DNA from: Octopus sinensis
Taxonomy: Eukaryota
NCBI RefSeq assembly: GCF_006345805.1
Contig: NW_021833443.1
Span: 1-64,000, forward strand
Direction: 5' to 3'
DNA: 64,000 nucleotides
The notes below the pieces were generated by a model. It did not search any database. It was not told where the DNA came from and was given only the letters and a program-made list of their open reading frames with translations. Numbering within the stretch: the first letter of the stretch is position 1; each line of letters opens with the position of its first letter. Position numbers and translations under genes: made by a program. Below, piece after piece: positions 1-10,000 of this stretch.

Positions 1-905
1 TTATATTGTGGTGACAACAGTTGGGAGCAGTAGTCTCCAGCGGCTGGGGACGAATGTTTTCCATAGGACATCAGTGTCTCCTTCTCTCTTGTTCTGAAAG
101 TTCAGAGAATCCATCCAGCTAGCCGTCTGCATTTTATCACCAGATAGCAATATGCACTTGGAAAGATGCATCATTGCTCATGTCAATGCCCAGGTCACGC
201 ACTGATGTTGACTCAGGGATTGCAATTCTTCCTGGGCCAGTGTATCCAGTCTGCATGTCGTTTACCTTTGTGTGCCAGTAGCGCAGGGCCTGGAACTTCC
301 TGAATTAAACTGCATGTTGTTGTCCTCAGCCCACCTGTATATTGTGCCAACTCCTTTTGCAGATGCGCAATATTTTCAGGGTTTTGTATTGCGTGGAGAC
401 TTTTGTGTCATCTGCATAGCTAGCAAGGGTAGTCATCGTAGCAACTGAAGGCATGTCTGAAAGGGCCACTACGAACATAGTGGCCCCAAGACAGTGCCCT
501 GTGGGACACCGCTTGTTATTTGCGTTTCCTTGGAGGTGGCTCCATTGCTCACAACTGCCTGTTTTTCTTCTGTCTTTGTTATAGGAGTTGTGCAGCCACT
601 CTCCAAGTTTTCCCCGCCTATGCCGAGACTACGCAGTTTGTGACAGAGATAATACCATGGTCGACCTTATCAAGGCTTTTGCAAAGTCGAGATATATTAC
701 ATCCACATTTGAACCATTTAGTAGCTGTTTCAACACCAAGTCATAGTGTTGCAGGAGCTGTGTTAGGCAGCCTCTACCTGGTCGAAATCCATGCTGGGTT
801 TCCACAGCAAGTCATTTCTTCAAGGAACATGATTAGTTTCTTACGGACTATTCGTTCCATGACTTTGCTGATGTGTGAGGTCAGAGAGATAGGCCTATAA
901 TTTTT
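1..905 (-). mobile_element. Decayed CR1-clade LINE reverse transcriptase fragment
   Basis: Minus-strand translation shows NYRPISLTSHISKVMERI, SGVPQGTVLGP and SYADDTK, with frameshifts. Confidence 0.9.
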
Positions 906-1019
906 AGCATCTCTCTCTACCTCCCTTATGGATAGGGATATATATATATATATATATATATACATACATATATATGGATCCTTGGATTTTACCTTTACAT
1001 ATTACACACAAACATATAT

Positions 1020-1480
1020 ATACAATGGGCTTCTTTCAGTTTCTATCTACTAAATCCATTCACAAGGCCTTGGTTGGCCCAAGTCTATAGTAGAAGACAC
1101 TAGGCGGTGAGCTGGCAGAAACGTTAGCACGCCAGGCGAAATGCATAACTCCATTTTTTGTCTGCCGTTACGTTCTGAGTTCAAATTCCGCCAAGGTTGA
1201 CTTTGCCTTTCATCCTCTCGGGGTCGATAAATTAAGTACCAGTTTCACACTGGGTTGATGTAATCGACTTAATCCCTTTTTCTGTCCTTGTTTGTCCCCT
1301 CTATGTTAAGCCCCTTGTAAAGAAATATATATATACAATGGGCTTCTTTCAGTTTCTATATACCAAACCCATTCAGAAGGCCTTGGTTGGCCCAAGGCTA
1401 TAGTAGAAGACATTTGCCCAAGATACCACACAGTGTGACTGAACCCAGAGTCTTGTGGTTGGGAAGCAAGCTTCTTATTT
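1020..1480. mobile_element. Cluster of partial SINEs (family A fragments on minus; family B copy 1103-1320 on plus)
   Basis: Sequence similarity to fuller copies elsewhere in this window. Confidence 0.75.
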
Positions 1481-2235
1481 CTTTACTGCCCACAAGGGGC
1501 TAAACAGAGGGGACAAACAAGGATAGACAAATGGATTAAGTCGATTACATCGACCCTAGTGCATAACTCGTATTTATTTCATCGACCCTGAAAGGATGAA
1601 AGGCAAAGTCGACCTCACTGGAATTTGAACTCAGAACGTAGCGGTAGACGAAATACCTATTTCTTTACTACCCACAAGGGGCTAAACACAGAGAGGGCAG
1701 ACAAAGGGATTAAGTCGATTACATCGACCCCAGTGCATAACTGGTATTTATTTCATCGACCCCGAAAGGATGACAGGCAAAGTCGACCTCAGTGGAATTT
1801 GAACACAGAACGTAGCAGCAGATGAAATACCTATTTCTTTACTACCCACAAGGGGCTAAACACAGAGGGGACAAACAAGGACAGACAAACGGATTAGGTC
1901 GATTACATCGACCCCAGTGCGTAACTGGTACTTATTTAATCGACCCCGAAAGGATGAAAGGCAAAGTCGACCTCAGTGGAATTTGAACACAGAACGTAGC
2001 AGCAGATGAAATACCTATTTCTTTACTACCCACAAGGGGCTAAACACAGAGGGGACAAACAAGGACAGACAAACGGATTAGGTCGATTACATCGACCCCA
2101 GTGCGTAACTGGTACTTATTTAATCGACCCCGAAAGGATGACAGGCAAAGTCGACCTCAGTGGAATTTGAACTCAGAACGTAGCAGCAGACGAAATACCA
2201 CTAAGCATTTCGCCCAGCATGCTAACGTTTCTGCC
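1476..2235 (-). mobile_element. tRNA-derived SINE family B: one head plus four ~182-bp tandem bodies
   Basis: Head ggtgagctggcagaaacgttagc with B-box GAGTTCAAATTCC; bodies repeat at about 1476, 1654, 1827 and 2009. Confidence 0.85.
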
Positions 2236-2414
2236 AGCTCGCTACCTTACCACAAGCTTCTTACCCACACAGCCACACCATATATTTCAATAGCTTTCAT
2301 ATAATGTTTCCAAATATGCCCAAACATCTGATTGTTTTAACAAGGAACAGGCAGAGACTGACAGCTGAAAGAATGGAAATAGAAAACTCAGACTACTTGT
2401 ATCTTCAGTAAAAA

Positions 2415-2455
2415 TTTATTTTGTTATATACAGACATAAATCATACATATTTATT
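2415..2455 (-). terminator. Candidate polyadenylation signals (AATAAA) for SLC38A10
   Basis: TTTATT on the plus strand at 2415-2420 and 2450-2455, about 1.6 kb downstream of the stop codon. Further hexamers at about 3486 and 3808 lie in the duplicated UTR block. Confidence 0.35.
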
Positions 2456-2599
2456 AACACGCACACGCACGCACGCATATTTCAGGCTCTGATGAAGCTA
2501 TAAGGTGTTAGTCAAGCACTCGTCTCTGAGTACACTGCAACTTGTAGCAGAAACAGCTGCAAGCTAATGAAGTTCAAAAGATAATTAATTCCTTTGTCA

Positions 2600-2840
2600 T
2601 CCCATTTCCACACACACACATATACATTATATATATATATATATATATACACACACATATATACATATGTATATATATATATATATACAAACACATATAT
2701 ATACATACACATGTATGTATATATATATGTATATATATATACACATGCACAAGCTTATGCACACACACACACATATATACATGCTTTATATATAAATATA
2801 TATATTATACATGCCCTCATATACTCACTCACACATATAT
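2600..2840. repeat. (AT/AC)n microsatellite
   Basis: Direct reading. Confidence 0.95.
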
Positions 2841-2894
2841 AAATCCTGCCCCCTATACACACTCTCAAGCACAAATCCTGGTAGTCACTGAGTA

Positions 2895-3180
2895 TGTGTG
2901 AGGGGTCAGAGGTCAGTGGTCACTCAACATTTGGTCAAATATCAGTGGTCACTTAAAAACTGGTCAGAAGTCAGTGGTCACTCAACAATGGTCAGAGGTC
3001 AGAGGTCACTCAGCATTTGGTCAGAGGTCACTCAACAACTGGTCAGGTCAGTGGTCACTCAACAATTGGTCAGAGGTCAGAGGTCACTCAGCATTTGGTC
3101 AGAGGTCACTCAACAACTGGTCAGGTCAGTGGTCACTCAACAATTGGTCAGAGGTCAGAGGCCACTCAGCATTTGGTCTG
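2895..3180. repeat. GGTCA-rich minisatellite in the putative 3'UTR
   Basis: Repeated ggtcagaggtcactcaacaa / ggtcagtggtcactc units. Confidence 0.9.
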
Positions 3181-3366
3181 AGGACTGTAATGTCAGTGAC
3201 TGAATTCGTTGGTGGCTGTGTATGTAGCAAGGCTGGTCAGCCTTTCTGCAGTGGTTGGTCAGTGAGTGGTCAAGCAATGGCCAGAGTATTAAGGGCTCAG
3301 CATTAGGAGGATAGAGTCTGGTCAGTGGAAAATCAATGCCCAGCATTAAATCTACCCCCATCCCAC

Positions 3367-4023
3367 CCCCATCACCGAGATCCATTAACAATTGATGTGA
3401 CAGACTGACCGACAGACCCCTGCTCATCATCATCCTACGCTGCCACCACCCCTACTCCAGTGTGTAGGGTCCTTTTTGTCTTTTGTTTATTTTGTTTTTT
3501 TTTGGTTTTATTTCATTCTGGTTTGGTGCAAAGAAAGGTATCTCGTCTGAGCACCGCCCCCCCCACCACTCCCAATCCCGCCCCCCCCTTCTGCACCAGT
3601 CTTAGCCCCACACCTTTCTAGTGCGGCCGTGACCATCGCTCCCCACCAACGCCACCATCACAAACACCACCACCACCTCCATCACCACCCCCATCACCGA
3701 GATCCATTAACAATTGATGTGACAGACTGACCGACAGACCCCTGCTCATCATCATCCTACGCTGCCACCACCCCTACTCCAGTGTGTAGGGTCCTTTTTA
3801 TGTCTTTTGTTTATTTTGTTTTTTTTTGGTTTTATTTCATTCTGGTTTGGTGCAAAGAAAGGTATCTCGTCTGAGCACCGCCCCCCCCCACTCCCAATCC
3901 CGCCCCCCCCTTCTGCACCAGTCTTAGCCCCACACCTTTCTAGTGCGGCCGTGACCATCGCTCCCCACCAACGCCACCATCACAAACACCACCACCACCA
4001 CCTCCATCACCACCCCCATCACC
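3367..4023. repeat. Tandem duplication of a ~322-325-bp block directly after the stop codon
   Basis: atcaccgagatccattaac starts at 3371 and again at 3693; the copies differ mainly in homopolymer lengths. Confidence 0.92.
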
Positions 4024-4029
4024 ATTGCC

Positions 4030-4092
4030 CTATTTCCCTTCGACAAGATTGTTCATGCCCGCTTGGAGCTTCTGTTTGGCGTTGTCCAGTTT
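4030..4092 (-). CDS. SLC38A10: SLC38A10 terminal coding exon 16 ([20 protein letters not shown])
   Basis: Strong acceptor ttttactttcttttccag, phase 0, TAG at 4032-4030, followed by UTR-like sequence. Confidence 0.78.
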   Translation of the reverse strand, partial: KLDNAKQKLQAGMNNLVEGK

Positions 4093-7000
4093 CTGGAAAA
4101 GAAAGTAAAACGGAATTAAAAAAAAAGGAAAATTTAAAATGAAAAAAAAAAAAGAAAACAAAAAAAAAAGCAAAGAAAAACACATTTCTGTCCCAGCAAC
4201 ACAACTAAACCCTTCTTTCTACTCAAAACTACCAGCATGGCCTTGACCGAACTTGCTCAGATGAAATGGTGGGGTGATGAAAACCTTCCATCTGTTGGGT
4301 CCTGAAATTGCGGCTAGGGGAATGGCCCGCAGATATATAGAGCTTAACTGCAATGAATACTCCATTAGCAGTCCCGGACAAAATCATGGGTTGCTCTTTA
4401 GCAAGGCATACTACCCAGACACCCTGGCAGGGTCACAGTGAAATTCTGAAGCCCTGGAAAGAGTGGAAATGCCACTATCATTGGAAGGTTGTAGGGAATT
4501 GAAACGCAAGACAGAAAAAATACTTTGTTTTGGGATTTCTTCCCACTTCGCAGAACAAATTATGCTTTTATGAATCTTGACCTGGGGAAACCCGTCAGTT
4601 TCACGGGCACTGCAACCGTCTATAGGACTTGCGACCAAGACAAGAAATTAGCAATCGAAAGATATTTACTCAACATATCAGCCCCTTTTTTCACCCCCAC
4701 AAATTGAATTATCAAAGAGTATATCTACCTTCAAGCACCTTGAGCGTATGCCTTCATACTCTATATGCATCAACCTTTCTCCCTTTCAGCTAAAAACATT
4801 AGGCAAGACACACAACTCTACCTCCACCAGTCAATCTCTGTTGTAAACCTTAGACAAAACACACAACTCTACCTAACTCAGTCAAGCAAATCTGTAAATC
4901 TTAGGCAAGACACACAACTCTACCTCCACCAGTCAACCTCTGTTGTAAACCTTAGACAAAACACACAACTCTACCTAACTCAGTCAAGCAAATCTGTAAA
5001 TCTTAGGCAAGACACACAACTCTACCTCCACCAGTCAACCTCTGTTGTAAACCTTAGAAAAACACACAACTCTACCTAACTCAGTCAAGCAAATCTGTAA
5101 ATCTTAGGCAAAGCAAGACACACAACTCTACCTCCACCAGTCAACCTCTGTTGTAAACCTTAGACAAAACACACAACTCTACCTAACTCAGTCAAGCAAA
5201 TCTGTAAATCTTAGGCAAGACACCACAACTCTACCTCCACCAGTCAACCTCTGTTGTAAACCTTAGACAAAACACACAACTCTACCTAACTCAGTCAAGC
5301 AAATCTGTAAATCTTAGGCAAGACACACACAACTCTACCTCCACCAGTCAACCTCTGTTGTAAACCTTAGACAAAACACACACTCTACCTAACTCAGTCA
5401 GCAAATCTGTAAATCTTAGGCAAGACACACAACTCTACCTCCACCAGTCAACCTCTGTTGTAAACCTTAGACAAAACACACAACTCTACCTAACTCAGTC
5501 AGCAAATCTGTAAATCTTAGGAAGACACACACTCTACCTCCACCAGTCAACCTCTGTTGTAAACCTTAGACAAAACACACAACTCTACCTAACTCAGTCA
5601 AGCAAATCTGTAAATCTTAGGCAAGACACACAACTCTACCTCCACCAGTCAACCTCTGTTGTAAACCTTAGACAAAACACACAACTCTACGTAACTCAGT
5701 CAAGCAAATCTGTAAATCTTAGACAAGGCACATCACTCTACCTCCACCAGTCAACCTCTGTTGTAAACCTTAGACAAAACACACAACTCTACGTAACTCA
5801 GTCAAGCAAATCTGTAAATCTTAGGCAAGACACACAACTCTACCTCCACCAGTCAACCTCTGTTGTAAACCTTAGAAAAACACACAACTCTACCTAACTC
5901 AGTCAGCAAATCTGTAAATCTTAGCAAGACACACAACTCTACCTCCACCAGTCAACCTCTGTTGTAAACCTTAGACAAAACACACAACTCTACCTAACTC
6001 AGTCAAGCAAATCTGTAAATCTTAGGCAAGACACACAACTCTACCTCCACCAGTCAACCTCTGTTGTAAACCTTAGACAAAACACACAACTCTACCTAAC
6101 TCAGTCAAGCAAATCTGTAAATCTTAGGCAAGACACACCAACTCTACCTCCACCAGTCAACCTCTGTTGTAAACCTTAGACAAAACACACACTCTACCTA
6201 ACTCAGTCAAGCAAATCTGTAAATCTTAGGCAAGACACACAACTCTACCTCCACCAGTCAACCTCTGTTGTAAACCTAGACAAACACAACACCTCTACCT
6301 AACTCAGTCAAGCAAATCTGTAAATCTTAGGCAAACAACAACTCTACCTCCACCAGTCAACCTCTGTTGTAAACCTTAGACAAAACACACAACTCTACCT
6401 AACTCAGTCAAGTAAATCTGTAAATCTTAGGCAAGACACACAACTCTACCTCCACCAGTCAACCTCTGTTGTAAACCTTAGACAAAACACACAACTCTAC
6501 GTAACTCAGTCAAGCAAATCTGTAAATCTTAGGCAAGACACAAACTCTACCTCCACCCGTCAACCTCTTGTTGTAAACCTTAGACAAAACACACAACTCT
6601 ACCTAACTCAGTCAAGTAAATCTGTAAATCTTAGGCAGACACACAACTCTACCTCCACCAGTCAACCTCTGTTGTAAACCTTAGACAAAACACACAACTC
6701 TACGTAACTCAGTCAAGCAAATCTGTAAATCTTAGGCAAGACACACAACTCTACCTCCACCAGTCAACCTCTGTTGTAAACCTTAGACAAAACACACAAC
6801 TCTACCTAAACCAGTCAAGTAAATCTGTAAATCTTAGGCAAGACACACAACTCTACCTCCACCAGTCAACTCTGTTGTAAACCTTAGACAAAACACAACA
6901 ACTCTACGTAACTCAGTCAAGCAAATCTGTAAATTTAGGCAAGACCACACAACTCTACCTCCACCAGTCAACCTCTGTTGTAAACCTTAGAAAAAACACC

Positions 7001-10000
7001 ACAACTCTACGTAACTCAGTCAAGCAAATCTGTAAATCTTAGGCAAGACACACAACTCTACCTCCACCAGTCAACCTCTGTTGTAAACCTTAGACAAAAC
7101 ACACAACTCTACGTAACTCAGTCAAGCAAATCTGTAATCTTAGGCAAGACACACAACTCTACCTCCACAGTCAACCTCTGTTGTAAACCTTAGACAAAAC
7201 ACACAACTCTACCTAACTCAGTCAAGCAAATCTGTAAATTTAGGCAAGACACACAACTCTACCTCCACCAGTCAACCTCTGTTGTAAACCTTAGACAAAA
7301 CACACAACTCTACCTAACTCAGTCAAGTAAATCTGTAAATCTTAGGCAAGACACACAACTCTACCTCCACCAGTCAACCTCTGTTGTAAACCTTAGACAA
7401 AACACACAACTCTACCTAACTCAGTCAAGTAAATCTGTTAAATCTTAGGCAAGACACACAACTCTACCTCCACCAGTCACCTCTGTTGTAAACCTTAGAC
7501 AAAACACACAACTCTACGTAACTCAGTCAAGCAAATCTGTAAATCTTAGGCAAGACACACAACTCTACCTCCACCAGTCACCTCTGTTGTAAACCTTAGA
7601 CAAAACACACAATTACGTAACTCAGTCAAGCAAATCTGTAAATCTTAGGCAAGACACACAACTCTACCTCCACCAGTCAACTCTCGTTGTAAACCTTAGA
7701 CAAACACCACAACTCTACGTAACTCAGTCAAGCAAATCTGTAAATCTTAGGCAAGACACACAACTCTACCTCCACCAGTCAACCTCTGTTGTAAACCTTA
7801 GACAAAACACACAACTCTACCTAACTCAGTCAAGTAAATCTGTAAATCTTAGGCAAGACACACAACTCTACCTCCACAGTCAACCTCTGTTGTAAACCTT
7901 AGACAAAACACACAACTCTACCTAACTCAGTCAAGTAAATCTGTAAATCTTAGGCAAGACACACAACTCTACCCTCCTCCACCAGTCAACCTCTGTTGTA
8001 AACCTTAGACAAAACACACAACTCTACGTAACTCAGTCAAGCAAATCTGTAAATCTTAGGCAAGACACACAACTCTACCTCCACCAGTCAACCTCTGTTG
8101 TAAACCTTAGACAAAACACACAACTCTACGTAACTCAGTCAAGCAAATCTGTAAATCTTAGGCAAGACACACAACTCTACCTCCACCAGTCAACCTCTGT
8201 TGTAAACCTTAGACAAAACACACAACTCTACCTAACTCAGTCAAGCAAATCTGTAAATCTTAGGCAAGACCACACAACTCTACCTCCACCAGTCAACCTC
8301 TGTTGTAAACCTTAGACAAAACACACAACTCTACCTAACTCAGTCAAGCAAATCTGTAAATCTTAGGCAAGACACACAACTCTACCTCCACCAGTCAACC
8401 TCTGTTGTAAACCTTAGACAAAACACACAACTCTACCTAACTCAGTCAAGCAAATCTGTAAATCTTAGGCAAGACACACAACTCTACCTCCACCAGTCAA
8501 CCTCTGTTGTAAACCTTAGACAAAACACACAACTCTACCTAACTCAGTCAAGCAAATCTGTAAATCTTAGGCAAGACACACAACTCTACCTCCACCAGTC
8601 AACCTCTGTTGTAAACCTTAGACAAAACACACAACTCTACCTAACTCAGTCAAGCAAATCTGTAAATCTTAGGCAAGACACACAACTCTACCTCCACCAG
8701 TCAACCTCTGTTGTAAACTTAGACAAAACACACAACTCTACCTAACTCAGTCAAGCAAATCTGTAAATCTTAGGCAAGACACACAACTCTACCTCCACCA
8801 GTCAACCTCTGTTGTAAACCTTAGACAAAACACACAACTCTACCTAACTCAGTCAAGCAAATCTGTAAATCTTAGGCAAGACACACAACTCTACCTCCAC
8901 CAGTCAACCTCTGTTGTAAACCTTAGACAAAACACACAACTCTACCTAACTCAGTCAAGCAAATCTGTAAATCTTAGGCAAGACACACAACTCTACCTCC
9001 ACCAGTCAACCTCTGTTGTAAACCTTAGACAAAACACACAACTCTACCTAACTCAGTCAAGCAAATCTGTAAATCTTAGGCAAGACACACAACTCTACCT
9101 CCACCAGTCAACCTCTGTTGTAAACCTTAGACAAAACACACAACTCTACCTAACTCAGTCAAGCAAATCTGTAAATCTTAGGCAAGACACACAACTCTAC
9201 CTCCACCAGTCAACCTCTGTTGTAAACCTTAGACAAAACACACACAACTCTACCTAACTCAGTCAAGCAAATCTGTAATCTTAGGCAAGACACACAACTC
9301 TACCTCCACCAGTCAACCTCTGTTGTAAACCTTAGACAAAACACACAACTCTACCTAACTCAGTCAAGCAAATCTGTAAATCTTAGGCAAGACACACAAC
9401 TCTACCTCCACCAGTCAACCTCTGTTGTAAACCTTAGACAAAACACACAACTCTACCTAACTCAGACAAGCAAATCTGTAAATCTTAGACAAGGCACATC
9501 ACTCTACCAAAGTAAGCTGTAAACCTTAGGCAAGACACTCAACTCTCAGAGAAGACACTTCACTTTCCCTTAGACAAAACACTTTCCCCTTCGACAAGAC
9601 ACTCAACTCTATTTACCTCAATGTGAATGATAGGGTCGTCTTTATTTTGATGTCCGGCCTTTGCGGCTATTTGATCCACAGCTTGCACTGGCAACTTCTG
9701 CGCATCATTCTGGGACAAGCTGCGAACCCCTTGCACCGGCTGATGTTGTTGTTGCTGCTGCACTGGATTTTGCTGCTGTTGTTGTTGTTGTAAAACGATG
9801 TTCTGTTGTGGCTGTTGCTGAGGGTTCACACTTTTTGCTATATGCTGCAGATGCACATTTTGTGCTTGTTGTTGCTGTTGTTGTACCAAGTTCTGCACAG
9901 GTTGTTGCTGTTGTTGTGCAACTTGCTGCTGCTGTGCAATATTCTGTGCAGCTTGCTGTTGTGCAATATTCTGTGCAACTTGCTGCTGCTGCTGTTGTGC

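Noticed and set aside
520-900. 126-aa plus-strand ORF
   Set aside because: It is the antisense frame of the decayed CR1 reverse transcriptase.
4765-5079. Plus-strand ORF of 17-aa repeats ([10 protein letters not shown]...)
   Set aside because: It is only the satellite read in its one open frame. The frame is broken repeatedly, has no splice context, and all three minus frames contain stops.
4798-9540. CRISPR-like appearance of the regular arrays (also 57328-60797 and 33940-34570)
   Set aside because: There are no unique spacers and no cas genes; these are head-to-tail tandem repeats in eukaryotic introns.
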